A DNA stretch of 63,142 bases, counting the filler, from Chiloscyllium plagiosum (taxonomy: Eukaryota), in NCBI RefSeq assembly GCF_004010195.1. It is 5 parts of one record of this genome, joined end to end, with 100 filler letters (N's around TTAATTAATTAA, not from the genome) between each part and the next. Parts side by side here need not be neighbours in the genome. Positions count along the whole stretch, not along the records: positions 25,693 to 32,389 come from NC_057717.1; positions 32,490 to 52,757 come from NC_057717.1; 3 more parts are not named here. One strand, given 5' to 3'. Position numbers and translations under genes: made by a program. The notes under the pieces are model-generated. The model saw nothing but the letters and a program-made list of their open reading frames with translations. It had not been told where the DNA came from and did not search any database. Shown here piece after piece: positions 25,693 through 38,972 of this stretch; within the stretch, counting starts at the first letter, position 1, and each line of letters begins with the position of its first letter.

Positions 25693-27000
25693 CAGACAGT
25701 ATGCTCTCAATGGTGTATCTGTCAAAGTAGTACATGCTGAATTTCCTGAGCCTCCTGAGGAGAAAGAGGCGTTATTGAACCTTATTGACAGTCACACCTA
25801 TGCAAGAAGACCAGGATAGGTTGTCAGTTATCGTCACTCCGAGGGAGTTGATGCTCTGCTCTTGCTCAACCATTGATGTAGATGACGGTGTGTTCCTCTC
25901 CTTTCTTTCTTAACTCAATGATCAGTTCCTTACTATTGCCGAATTTCAGAGAGAGGTTATTATCATTACACCATGCCACTAAGCCCTCAATCTCCTTTCT
26001 GTATTCTGACGCATCGCTGTTTGATATCCCTCCTGATTTGATGATTTTATCAGCAAACTTGTACCTGGCGTTGTTTGGAATTTGACAACACAGCCGTGTG
26101 TGTACAGAGTGTACAGTTGGGGGTGAAGACAGATATTGGAGTAGAGGGCGTAGGGTATGGGGATGAGGACACAGCCATGGGAGTGCAGGGACTACAGTAG
26201 GGGGCTGAGGACACAACTGTGGGAGTACAGGGAGTACAGTAGGGAGCTGAGGGCACAGCTGTGGATATACAGGGAGTACAGTAGGGGGCTGAGGACACTG
26301 CTGTGGGTGCACGAAGAGTACAATAGGGGGCTGAGAACACATCCTCCAGGAGTTCCAGTGTTGAGGTCTGTTGTGGAGAATGTGCAGATATCTATCTTCA
26401 CAGATTGTGGTCTGTGTGTCCGAAACCAGGGTATCCAGTTGCAGAGGGTGGAGCCGTGATCAAGGTCGCAGAGTATTGAGATAAGTCTGGAGGAGATAAT
26501 AATGTTGAAGGTGGAGCTGTAGTCAATGACCAGGAGCCTGGTGTAGGCATCCTTGTTGTCCAGATGTTCCATGGATGAGCACAGGACAGGTATATGTCAT
26601 CCGTTGTGGACCCGCTACATCAGTCGGCACATTATAGGACAGCAGGTCAGGCTGGGAGACTGAAGGTGGTGTGGGCCATAACCAGCGTCTCAAAGCACTT
26701 CATGTTTATTGAAGTCAGAGCCACTGGGCGTTAGTCATTAAGGAACGTTGCATATGATTTATCACTTAGAAGGATGATGGTGGTCTTCTTGAAATGGGTT
26801 GGGATTTCGGCTTCAGGAGGGAGAAGTTGAAGTCGTTTTTAAATGCCTCTGCCAGTTGGTCCTCACAGCATCTGAGTGCTCAGCCAGGAACACACTGCAG
26901 GTCTGTTACTTTCCTTGATTTGACCTGCAGGAAGACTGATCATGTCTGCCGTGGTGATAGCAGGCACAGGTACATCCGAGGCTGTCAGGATAGTTTCACG
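25693..27000 (-). mobile_element. Rex1/Babar LINE RT fragment containing a 42-bp minisatellite
   Basis: EHLDNKDAYTRLLVIDYSSTFNII, NTGTPGGCVLSPLLYS and YKFAD...LVAWCNDNNLSL are typical Rex1 RT motifs. Confidence 0.85.
26096..26344 (-). repeat. 42-bp x6 minisatellite derived from RT motif B (xCVLSPLLYSLYxH)
   Basis: Six tandem units counted by eye. Paralogous array at 56607-56857. Confidence 0.9.
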
Positions 27001-27339
27001 CTTGCAGTCACACAATCATTCATCATAGACATTCTCTCCTCCACCTCTCTCCGTCATCATCAACACACAGTGACATTGGTTGTTATGAGCAACACACAGT
27101 TAGTGTTGAGACAGAGTGACATCATTAGATTGGGATTGTGCGCCATCAAGTCCTTTGTCACCATAACGGGGTAAATTCACAACAAATCGGGGGCAGGGTG
27201 TCAGTGGTGCAGGGAGTGAAGATTTTAAAGATATAATTCCAGTAAAGCCACTGCTTTAACCTGAATGGAGTCAACCACCTTGAGTGCTGCGTCTTTTCAA
27301 TGGTGGACAGTCCTCAGGGAGTCAGGAAGTGCCATTTAC

Positions 27340-28030
27340 ATGAACCAACTGAACAAACAACCTGAGGGCAGTTATGCTAAGTTTGGAGATGATACAGTGA
27401 TGGTCGGATGGGCAGGCAATATTCATGAAGTGGGGAGGATGCATTAAAGCTTGGACAGTTTAGGGCTGTGGTCAAACACGTGGCTGATTGAACACAATAT
27501 GGGATCGTGTGAGGTTATGCACTTTGACTTAGGAATAGAGGCAGACACTATGTTCTAATGGGATCCATTGAATCTGAAACACAAAAGGATTTTGAAGCAC
27601 TCATCCTCTCTTATGGTTAATGTGCAGGTTCAGTTGACAGTTAGGAAAGCAAATGCAATGTTAGCATTCATTTCAAGGGATCGAGAATACAAGAGAGGAG
27701 ACATACTGCTGAGAATGTAATGGGTTATGTTCAGACGGCATTTGGAAGTTGTTTTGGGCACTATCTCTGGGGGAAGATCTGCTGGTGTTGGAGGTGATCC
27801 ATCCTGGGGATGGTGATTTGTCATATGCACGGCAGTGTGTGTACTCGATGCAATTTAGAAATATGGGAGGTGAGGTATCCGACAGAAACTGATTGATCAC
27901 TGAAAAGATTGATACAGTCAGTGTGTAGAAGATAGTTCCACTAGTCATACAGACAATGACAAAATGGCAGTTTCGGAGTGAAGGAATGGGCTGAATGGCC
28001 TAAATTTATTACTATATCTCATGCTCTTTC
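27340..28030 (+). mobile_element. Decayed CR1 RT/3' fragment (paralog - strand ~54850-55530)
   Basis: AKFGDDTVMVG (FADDTK-like) followed by a CR1 3' tail remnant gggctgaatggcct. Confidence 0.7.
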
Positions 28031-28493
28031 GGTAGTAGGGTCTATTATTTAGTGCAGAATTGTAAGTCTCTGACCTGCTTTTGTAACCCTTGTATTTGTA
28101 TGTTGATTTTGCTTCACGTTCTGTTCAATGGTAACCCCTGTGATATGGATGGTGGGAGGATTCAGTGTCGGCCAGTAGTCCATTAAACGTTGAATATAAA
28201 CAGCGATCTGTGAGTCTCATCTGGCGGGAGTACATTGTCTCTCCGATGATTGTCATTTTCAGTCTGGTATTTTCGAAGGATCGATCCCGTTACGCCAGTG
28301 TTGTTGAATTAAACAAAGCAGATGCAATTTATCACAACACACAGCAACAATAAGTCATCGAACACTGAACACCCTTCTCATAACAAAAAATCTACAATGT
28401 TCCGTATAAGAAACATTGCTTTCCTGTTCATGTTCAAAACAGATAACCTATCCCATTGAGATGCTCAACTTGGAACTATTTTTAAAAAATCTT

Positions 28494-29440
28494 TTATTGG
28501 ATGCGGGCATTGCTGGATAGGCCCACCATTGCATGCCCGTCCCTCGTTGCCCCCTTGAGAAAATGGTACTGAGCTGCCTTCTTGAACCGCTGCAGTCCAC
28601 CTACTGTGTGTTGACCCGCAATGCTATTAAGGCGGGAATTCCAGGGTTTTTTTTCTCCCAGCAACAGTGAAGGAACGGCGATATATTTCCACATCAGGAT
28701 GTTGACTAGTTTGGAAGGGAATTTGTAGTTGGTGGTATTGCCATAAGTCTGCAGCCCTTGCCATTCTAGACGTAAGTGTTCGTGGGATTGGAAGGTGCTG
28801 TCTGAGGATCTTTGGGGAATTTCTGCAGTGTTGGTCCAGTAGATAGTACACACTACCACTACTGAGAGACGGTGGTGGAGGGAGTGAATGCTTGTGGATG
28901 TGATGCCAATCAAATGGACTGTTTTGTCCAGGATGGTGTCAAACGTCTTGGTTGGGGCGGCACTCATTCAGGCAAGAGGGAGCATTCCATCTCATTTCTG
29001 ACTTGTGCCTTGTAGATGATCGCCAGGCTTTGGGAAGTCAGGAGGTGAGTTACTCGCACAGCATGCCTAGTCTCTGATCTGCTCTTATATTTATGTAGCG
29101 AGTCAAGTTGAGTGTCTGGTCAATGATAACCCAAGAGTCATGGAAGATGTTACCTAGTATGGTGATGAAACCTCTCATAATTAACCTACCAGCTCAGTGA
29201 GCAAAACTATATCCACATTATCCTGAGGGACTGCTGCAGAAATGTTCTGGAGCAGAGATGACTGACCTCCAACAATAATGACCATCTTCCTATCTGTCAG
29301 GTATGACACCAATAATGGAGTATTTGCCCGCAATGCCCTTTTTTGCTCGGGTTCCATGATGCCATTTTGAAAGAATGTAGCATGATGTCAAGGGCTGGCA
29401 TTCAGCTCCTTTTTCTATGTTTGGACCAAGGCTGTAATGA
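28494..29440 (-). mobile_element. CR1/L2-group LINE 3' fragment
   Basis: Same family as 9055-10560 and 52858-54390 (LDTxQDKTVHLI, PWNS). Poly-A remnant at 28492. Confidence 0.8.
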
Positions 29441-30924
29441 GATGGATAGATATGGACAGACAGAAGTAAGAAGTCTATTTAGAAATTCCTCTGGACTGCA
29501 AACCCTTTGTCTCGGTATCATACACTGTGAGCAGTGTGCTGATAACTGGCTGTCATCCCAGATTACTTATTCCCAATAATGTCACAGAGCTAGGTTACTG
29601 ACAGCTGACAAAATCCATTCGGCCAATAGATTAGTACCATGGAGAAGGTGGATTTCAAAAAAATAGCCTATGCCAAGAACAGCAGGAAATGATAACCACC
29701 CCCACTGTGTGAGAGACTGGTCCAGAGAATCTCAGTCAGGTGGATCGCTGACTGTCGTGGAAATTAATGTGACTGGACTCAGATGTGAGCAAGAGCTAAG
29801 GAAAAGCTTTATTTTTAACCACTGCAGGGAGCCAATACACTTGGCAAAACACACCTTGTGTAAGGGCCCTGAACATAATTAACCTATTCCTTTTATGCTC
29901 TTCTTATCACACGCTCAAATTAGCATAGTATTCTCTTTCAGGTTTCACAGAAAATGTTAAGTTTGTTTCTTTTCTATTACACTGACAGAGGGGAAATCAG
30001 GATCTCAGCTGTGGATCAAATAATGATTGATAAATGCCACACACCACTTCGATAGTTTTGTAATCCACATTTCAATTTATATAGCTCCATATCAGGAGTG
30101 CATTTTAACAACCGAATCTCTTTGTAGTTTGCATATTTCGGTCTGTACAGAAAATCACTTTTCCCTGTATTTTGTATTGCATAAATGCATTTCATTAATA
30201 TTGTTTCTGCTAATTCCTCATTGTAGATGTACCCTTGAATCTGTTCTTCATATGTGTTATAGAGAGTAACGTTCCAATGCTAGAGATTGGGGAACATCAC
30301 TGTCCCTCCGCCCAGACTGAACAGTCATGTCCCCGAACCCTCGCCATCTTCTCTCTTTTCTCCAATGTCATAATCACAATGTAAATGAAGTCCAGTAAAT
30401 GATACTTCATCACAGTTCTTTAGCATCGATAACATCAACATCATGACCCACACCTGCCCTCTCTGATTCTGGAATAACAATCTGAATTGTGTTTGTCGTG
30501 TACAATTCCCCGTGAACATATCCATGCCGTTTGTTTGTTATAAAACCACATTGTCTCAGGCACATTTTGCCATCAGATCATGGATGAAAGATGTTCTCTC
30601 AATGTTTTACAGATATTGCAATGACTGATCTGTAGTTACAGGATTTGTTTCACCATGTATGAGCAGAGAAGCGTGTTTATGGTCTGTTAAACCTCTGGCA
30701 TTAGTTCCATATCCAGGCAGACTGAATGATTACACACAATCAATCTTCCATCTTCAACATTCCTTCCTTCAGTCACACCCAGAATGGATAAGGGAATGCT
30801 TTCAGTGTTTTATCCCATCGTATGATCAGGAGCATCACCCACACCAGTAACAGTGATCCGCAGCTTCAGAGCGAGGGTGAGGAGAGATCAGAAATTGATA
30901 GCAGTAGACTGGAATATTCCAACA

Positions 30925-31056
30925 ATGGACAGGAGTTTATCCTATGGTCTTTACTGGCTTTCCCAGTCTTGGTATCATTAGTATCACGGATTAAAGATGT
31001 ACTGATGGTTATTCAAGCTGGTTACTATCATATCCTTGCTATAGTTGGTGTTCCTG
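30925..31056 (+). pseudogene. GPR139-like: GPR139-like GPCR exon 1, copy 1 (1-bp deletion relative to paralogs)
   Basis: MDRSLSYGLYWLSQSW, then a frameshift, then SLVSRIKDVLMVIQAGYYHILAIVGVP-G|gtaagt. It is 132 nt versus 133 nt in copy 3. The TM1 frame stays open from an upstream ATG at 30822. Confidence 0.75.
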
Positions 31057-32489
31057 GTAAGTCACTCGAGCTGTCTCGTGAAACGGTCTGAACTGAATTG
31101 ATGCTCATTATATGTAAATTTTGGAAAGTTGCAAGTCAACGTTTTCAATTTCAATTAAAGATTCCATTCCTTAGAAATTATAACGAGCAAATTACTCAAT
31201 ACAAGTTGCTCACCAATATGCGAGGATGAAACAGACTGTTCTGAACCTCCTTGATTCATTTTCTCCTGCCCAGTTTACATCTCCATATCTTCCCCTCTCA
31301 CCAATCCTTTCCCGTACCCCCATTGTGGCCCCCAGTGTCCTCCTCAGCCTCATGCAATTCCTGAATAAACCTTCGTTTGTGCCTTTGTTAATTCCGGATA
31401 CCGCTGTTTCACGTCCCTTCTTCCAGATGTCCATTGCAAAATAATTGCACTTGAGATGTTTAACTTGTTCTTTGCACAGAATCTGAAAGATGGGATGACA
31501 GTGTATGGTGGTCACATCGTTGGTTCATAATTTAGAGCCACAGAATTATAATCTGTTGTTATCGGCTTGCCTCATGCCCATTAGAGAAAGCAATTGGTCA
31601 TCCTTCCCGAGTCAGGTTTCTGTGTGACTGCAAACCCACAGCACTGTGTTTTAATCTTTTCTGTCCTGTGGAACCGCTGAACTAGCCACTCAGTTCAAGC
31701 TCGGCTTAAGATGCTGGCCTGACCAGGTCTGCACAGATCTCACAAGGGCAGATCAAAAGGAATGATAGCTCCCTTCCTCTGCCTGTATCCCATATACCAG
31801 CAGTTCATTTCCATTCAGGTAGGTGGCCATTCACTGTTTTAGATATATTCTTTGTGATTGAGTCTCTCCCCTAGAGTGATGTCCATCTGAATAGGCACCT
31901 CCGGTGCTGGCTTTATTGATGCTACCCTACAGATGTAAGGATGTTTTAAATTCCAAATCAGTGACAGTGCATCGTAAATGAATGATTTCCTATTTCACAC
32001 GAAAGGAACGGAGCCAGCTAAGTGAGGGAAAGGAATTATTGCGATCAAACCTGAGAGTGTAGTTGAGGCAGTATTTGGGGCATTGGGGACAGATTTTCTC
32101 TTCTTTATAAGAAGTGATCTCCTTACCACAGAGAGTGTGAAAAAGAGTTCCACCAGATTAATCTCTGGAATAATGGCACCATGAGGAGTGAGTGAAGGTT
32201 GATCTGTAGCGCTGTGAGAGAATTCGAGGTGATTGCATTGAACACTGTGGGGGGATGGGCAATCACTCATTATATTCTAAACAGACAATGAGAAGGTGAT
32301 AGATTCCATGACTGTTCTTTCACTCAGGATGCATGATTCTGGACAGTTTAAGTGCCTCTGAGGACGTTACGCCCTCCCACCCCAACTCCNNNNNNNNNNN
32401 NNNNNNNNNNNNNNNNNNNNNNNNNNNNNNNNNTTAATTAATTAANNNNNNNNNNNNNNNNNNNNNNNNNNNNNNNNNNNNNNNNNNNN

Positions 32490-32596
32490 CTGGAGATCAA
32501 AGTTGAAACTTTATTGCTGGAACAGCACAGCGGGTCAGGCAGCATCCAGGGCACAGGAGATTCGACGTTTCGGGCACAGGCCCTTCTTCAGGAATC
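32490..32596 (-). mobile_element. Penelope-derived short element with hammerhead motif
   Basis: Reverse complement reads ttcctgaagaagggcctgtgcccgaaacgtcgaatc. Confidence 0.75.
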
Positions 32597-32609
32597 CGCC
32601 CAAGTACCT

Positions 32610-34640
32610 TTGAACTTAATTTTCTCCCCATTTGAAAAAATAGACCATGCCTCTATTCTTCGTGCCAAAGTGCATGACCTCACACTTTGCGACGTTGGAA
32701 TGCATCTGCCGATCTCTTTACCTGTCCAACTCCTTCTTCAGCCTCTCCGCCTCCTCAATATGACCTGTCCATTTGCCTATCTCTGTATCGTCTGCAAACT
32801 TAGCCAGGGTGCCCTTAATTCCCAAATCTAGATTGTTAACGTTTCGATTAAAAATTATGATTCCTAAACTAAGCCTTATGGAACACCACATGTCACCAGC
32901 TGCCTTCTATGCTTTCTGCCAGACAGCCAAGCTTCTACCGATGCCACTACTTTGCCTCTAACACCATGGATCCTTATCGTACTCAGTCATCTCTTGTGTG
33001 AAACCTTGTCCAAGACCTTCTTGAAGACAAGGTGGATAACTGTGCTTGGTCGAGCCTGCTCATTTCGTCTTCAAAGGATTCCAACAGATTTATCAAGAAT
33101 GACCTTCCCTTGATGAAACCGTAGTGACTTTGCCCTATTTTACCAAACACTTCCAAGTATTCAGAAATATCATCATTCAGAATGGATTCCAGGATCTTAC
33201 CCATGACCGAGGTTAAGCTATTCATTGTCGATTTTTTGTCTTTTTCCTTAACCCTTGTTAAAGAGGGATGTCACGTTAGTGGATTTCCAGTGTTCTGAGA
33301 TTGTTCCTTACTGTAGTGATTCCTGAAAGACTACCATGATCGCCTCCCTTCTCTCTTCAGCTATCTCCCTTATAACACTGGGATGTAGTCCATCTGGTCA
33401 AGATTAATTAACCACCTTCAATTCTTTTCTAGCATGTTCTCCATGGTGGTGGCCATCATACTCAGCTCTGGCCTCTCAATCGCTTGAATGTTTAATGTAT
33501 TACTCGTGTCTTCCATCGTTAAGGCTGATGGGAAGTAGTTCTTTAGTTCCGTGGCCATTTTCTCGTTCCCCACTACTATCTCTCTAGTATCATTTTCCAG
33601 CAGTCCAATGTTCACTTTTGCCGCTCATCTGTACTTTATATATCGAAAGAAACTGTTACAGTCTTTTCTTTATATTATCCCAGACTTAATAATCTCCCTC
33701 CTTATTTTATTTTGTTTGCCCTCTGTTTTATCTTTGTAAGCTTCCCAATCCTCAGGTTTCCCACTGCACATTGCCACATTATATCCTTTCTCTTTTGCTT
33801 TTATCCTATACCTGAGTTCCCTAGTCAGCTTTGGTTGTCTCATCCTCCCTGTACCATGTCTCTTTTTCCTCAGGATAAATCTCTGCTGTATCCTGAATTA
33901 CTCCAAAAATCTCCTGCCATTGATATTGCACTGTCTTTCCTGCTGGGCCCATCTCCCAGTCAATTCTACCCAGCTCCTCCCTCATGTCCCTGTAATTGCC
34001 TTTATTCAGCTGTAATACCGTTACTACTGATTCGAACTTCTCCATCTGAAATTGCAGTGTCAGTTCAATCATAATATTACGGTCACTGCCTGCTAAGAAT
34101 TCCTTCACCTTAAGCTCCTTCATCTAGTTTGCCTGTACAAGCTGCTCCAAAAACCCATCTCATAGACATTCCACAAATTCCTTTTCTTGCGAACCACGAC
34201 CAACCTGAATTCGCAGTCCATCTGCAGAATGAAATCCGACATGATCACTGTAACTTTGACTTTCCTACAGAACCTTCTACCTTCTGGTGTATCTTGCACC
34301 CCAGCTCCCTGTACATAACTCCAACTGCATTTTTTCATCTTTTTGATTCCTCAATTCTACCGACACAGATTCGACACGTTCTGACCTTACGTCATTTCTT
34401 GTTATTGATTACTGATTCATTTCCATTCTTAATAATGAAACAACACTATCTCTCTGCCCACCTGCCTATCTTTTCGACAGGATGAATATCCTTGAATATT
34501 CAGCTCCTAATCCTGATCCTCTTGCAGTGATATATCACTGTAATGCCCATGTCGTACCTGCCAATTTGTGAATGAGTCACAAGCGTATTCACCTTGTTCC
34601 TTATGCTGCATGCATTTCGATATGATAGTTTAGACCTGTA
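32610..34640 (-). mobile_element. Decayed CR1 LINE (EN + RT)
   Basis: Minus ORFs read NACSIRNKV, SDFILQMD, VLQLNKGNYRDMREEL and GKILESIL...QSHYGFIKGRS. Confidence 0.85.
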
Positions 34641-34856
34641 ATACCCGTCGCTCTTTTCACTGTCATTTGTTTGTCCAGCCATTGGTACCTACACGGACCC
34701 TGACCACTGGATCATTCCCCGGCCAATCCAAGTTTTTCTGCAGCTCCGATGATATATCCCAAACCCAAGCACCAGGTAGGCAACATATCATTCAGGACTC
34801 TCAATCCCAATTACAGAGAACAGTAGCTATGTCTCTAATTCCAATTATCCCTCATT

Positions 34857-35000
34857 AGGCGGCACGGTGACCCAACACTGCTGCTTCAAAGTGCTAGGGG
34901 CTCGGGTTGAATTCCAATCTCTGGACCCTGTCTATGTGGACTTTGTAAATTCTTCCCGTGTCTGCATTGGGAACATTAACTGTTTCGTCTCTCCACAGTA
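34857..35000 (+). mobile_element. Decayed HE1-type SINE 5' fragment
   Basis: ggcggcacggtg...cactgctgcttca...cgggttgaattcc...gtctatgtggactttg resembles the 5' part of 50618-50943. Confidence 0.65.
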
Positions 35001-35846
35001 TGTCTCTGTGTTTGCTTCGGATTTCTACCATCTACAGTATTTTTGCTTTGGTTCGATAGAAAAAATCTAGCAAACGTGACAGGTTTTTGTAAAAGCAGCC
35101 GTGCATCGTGGGTTCCCTGGGTGTTTAGGAATCTTGCCCGGCCCCTTCCGTGTGTGCAGTGTCCCTGGATACCCATTCCATCTCTTTTAGTCCCTCAGTC
35201 CATCGTCACTACATGCAGCCTTTTCTTGTGCCAGCCCTGGGACTCACCACACCCCATTGCCTGGCACTGGACATTCCCTTCGCAGGACTGTGCACACAAC
35301 GACACTGGGCACTTTCTGACCCGCCGGGGATGCTGGGTAAACAACCTGCCATTGAAAGGAGCAGAATAACTAAAGTCCAATTGAATAGCAAAGTAGAGTA
35401 AACAAGCTGCATGACATCCACTTGCTCTGACATTTGCTAGTTTTCTGTTTATCCTCGTCCATCTGCAAATATATGGTTCATATGTACACCTTGGCGAACA
35501 GGTTTAGTGGCGGGGATAGATATCAGAACCTCTGGGCATTGGACTGATTCAGTGGACTCCACTTTCCTGAGGTCACACTTAAGTTTTTTTATTATCAAGT
35601 CTATCCACTTTAAATAAAAGGCCTTGCTTGAATTGTGTTGAAAGGATATTTGAATTTTGGAGACACTAGAATATGTCACGCGTGAGTGAGGATAGAAACA
35701 GGAAGGAAGCACAGTTAAATACATGGCCAAACAGCTGGCAGGGGAGGCAGCACTTCTGCTATGTGGGATTCCCGAGTCGGTAGGACCTAAACAAGAAGAA
35801 CAGAATGGACCTGAACTGGCAGCAATCTCCCATATGTGGAGAAGGA

Positions 35847-38800
35847 TATAGCAGGAAAGACAGTGGAACAGCAATGGCAGGTGATTCCAAGATTAATTCA
35901 CGAGACACTGCAGAGATTCATGCTGAGGAATAGAGGGATGGTACAGGGAGGATGAGGCAACCAGGGCTGATGAGGGAAGTCAGGGATTGCATAGAAGCAA
36001 AAGACCAAGCATATAACGTGGTGAAGGGCAGTGGGAAACGAGAGAATTGGAAAACTTATAAAGACCAACAGAGGGCAAAAACATAAGGAGGGAGAAGATT
36101 AAATATAGGGGTAAGCGAACCAGCAATATAAAGGAGACTGTAAGAGGTTGTTTAGATATATAAAGTGTAAAATTGAGGTAAAGGTAATATTGGACATGGG
36201 AAAATGATGCTGGAGAGACAGTAATGGGAAACAAAGAAATGAATGAGGAACTTTGCATCAGACTTCATGGTGGAAGATATGAATAATTTCACAAAAGAGT
36301 GCAAGGGCAGAGCTGAGTATGGTGGCCATCATCAAGAAGAACATGTTAGAAAACTGAATGGTCTGAATGTGGATAAATCACCTGGACCAGATGGACTACA
36401 TCCCAGCCTTATAAGGGAGACAGCTGAGGAGGTAGTGGAAGTATAAATAATAATCTTTCAGGAATGACTAAAATCAGGAAAGAGCCAAAAGGCTGGAAAA
36501 TTGCTAACGTCACACCCCGTTGAATAAGGGAGTTAAACAGAAAATGGAAAATTACAGACTGATTAGCCTTACCTTAGCTGTGGGTAACAATCTGGAATCC
36601 ATCGTGAAGGATGGGATTTCTGAATAATTGGAGATCTTTGGTAAAATAGAACAGAGTCAACATGGTTTCATCAAGAGGAGGTCAGGCCTGACAAAACTGT
36701 TAGAATTCATTGAGGGAGTAACGAGCAGATGAGACCAAGAAGAACAATAGATGTTATCTGCTTGCTCCTCAAGAATCCTTTGACAAGGTGGCACACAGGA
36801 GGCTATTGAGAAAGATAAGGGCCCATGGTGTTAGAGGCAAGGTGCGAACATGGATAGTAGCATGGCTGTCTGACAGAAAGCAGAGGGTTGGGATAAAAGA
36901 GTCCTTCTCAGGATGGCAGCCTGGGAAAAGTGGTGATCCACAAGACTCAATGTTGGGACCACAAGTTTTCCCTTAATGCATTCATGATTTACATGAAGAA
37001 ACGGAGGGGATTCTGGCTAAGTTTTCAAACAGTGCAAAGTTAGATAGAGGGACAGGGAGCATTGAAGAGGTGGTTCGGCTGCAGGAGGGTGCTCGAGCGC
37101 ATCTCCTCAACTTCTCGCACCTCCTCCCTTGATCTCCACCCTTCCAACTACAACAAGGAGAGAACCCCGCTGGTGCTCGCCTTCCATTCCACCAACCTCA
37201 GGATACAATGCATCATCCTCCACCATTTCCCCCACCAACAGTCACATCCCATCACCAGAGGTATAATTCACTCCCCACCCATATCAGCAGAGAGCATTCC
37301 CTTCACAACTCCCTCGTGAGGTTCACCCCCGACCCCCACCCCTACCCAGTCACGTTCCACGCCTGTCACCTTCTTTGCCACTACAAGAGCTATGAAACCT
37401 ATGTCAACACTCCCTCCTCACCTCCATCCAAGGCCCCAAAGGATCCTTCCACATCAGGCAAAGAACATCCTGTGCATCCAAACACCACATTTACTCTGTC
37501 CATTGCGCCGGATGTCGTCTCCATTTGGGAGACAGGACATCAACTTGCAGAACGGTTCAGGTAACACACTCGGACACACACACCCAACAACCCCACTTCC
37601 CTATCCTTGAATACTTCAACTCTCCCTCCCACTACAACAAGGACATGCAAGTTTTTGGCCTCCTCCATGGCCAATTTCTAGCCAGCAGTCGTCATCATCT
37701 TCCACCGAGGGATCCTCCAACCCTCGGTGGAAGATGATGACGGGCAATTTCGACAATTTCCTCATCTCCCCTCCCTCCACCTTATCCCAGATCTTACCCT
37801 CTAGTTCAGTACCACCCTCTTCAAATGTTTACCTATCCATCTTCCTCCCCATGTATCCATTCCAACTTCCACTCTGACCTATCAGTATCACAACCCAACT
37901 TCATCTAGCTATCGCCTTCCAAGCTAGCTTCCTCCCAGCCCCAGCCCCTCCCATTTATCTCTCAGCCCCTTTTCGCCCAACCTCCTCGTTCCTGATGAAG
38001 ACTTTATGCCTGAAACATCGAATCTCCTGCTCCTCGGATGCTGCCTGACTGGCTGTGTTTTTCTAGCATCACACTTTTTGACTCTGCTTTCCAGCATCTG
38101 CTGTCTTCACTTTCTCCTACTGAAGGACTTGTACAGGTTTGGGGAGTGAGCAAAGATGTGGCAGATGGAGTACAACGTGGGCAAGTGTGACAACATGCAT
38201 TTTGCCAGGAAGAATACAGGCATGGAATATTTTCTAAGTAGCGAGCAGGTTCAGAAGTCAAAAGTGCAAAAGGCCGAGAGAGTTCCAGTCCAGGAGTCTC
38301 GAAAGGAAACCTTGCAGGTTATCAATAGTTATAAAGGCAAATGCAATGATGGCAATTATTTCAAGAGGGCTTGAATATAAAAGCAGGGATGCACTTCTGA
38401 GGCTGTATAAGGCTTTGGTCAGGCCATATTTCGATTATTGTGCACAGTTTTGTGTCCTATTTCTCAGGAAGGATATACTGGCCCTGGAGCGTTTTCAAAG
38501 GATATTCACGAGAATGGTCCCAGGAATGAAATGCTTAACATATGAAGATCATCTGAGGGCTCTGGGTATATATATGATAGAGTTCAGAGGATGTTAGGAG
38601 GTCTACTCGAAACTTAAAGGATACTGAATGACCTGGACAGAGTGGATTTTGGAACGATATTTCCAATGGTAGGAGAGACTAGGCCCCGAGGGGACAGAGT
38701 AAGAGAAGACCTTTCCGAACTGAGATACGGACGAACCTCTTTAGAGTGGTGAATCTATGGAATTCACTGCCACAGAAGGCTGTCGAGGCCAGATCATACA

Positions 38801-38972
38801 GAATATTTAAGAATGAGACAAATGGGTTCTTGATTGTAAAGGGGATATAGGATTAAAGGTCCAAAGTGGGTGAATAGGGTTGAGAAGCTTAACAACCATC
38901 ATTGAATGGCGGAGCAGACTCAGTGGGCTGAATGGTCAAATTTCTGCTCCAATTTCTTATGGTTGTATGGTT
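35847..38972 (+). mobile_element. Decayed CR1 LINE with nested Penelope insertion
   Basis: KSPGPDGLHP, LLRKIRAHGVRGK and LYKALVRPYFDYCAQF motifs. The 3' tail reads ttatggttgtatggtt. Confidence 0.88.
37087..38120 (+). mobile_element. Penelope 3' fragment (GIY-YIG region + pLTR) inserted in CR1
   Basis: NKERTPLVLAFHSTNLRIQ and ETGHQLAERF...EYFNSPSH remnants. Decayed hammerhead cctgatgaagactttatgcctgaaacatcg at 37991. It splits the CR1 phrase ctgcag|aaggacttg. Confidence 0.85.

Larger units (their letters stand above)
23527..29130 (+). repeat. Segmental duplication, outer left arm (inverted copy at ~53750-59615)
   Basis: Collinear reverse-complement match across unique and TE sequence, e.g. 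23527 cacgttggtaaaattcagacttaatgtttcaag vs 59584-59615, and 28440 cagataacctatccc vs 54427-54440. Confidence 0.92.

Noticed and set aside
30325..30525. Recurrent minus-strand ORF EVxFTGxxLxCDYD (also 39928-40122, 40180-40410)
   Set aside because: Recurs only because the upstream region is duplicated. Paralogs at 39.1 kb and 48.1 kb have stops or indels, and no domain is recognisable.
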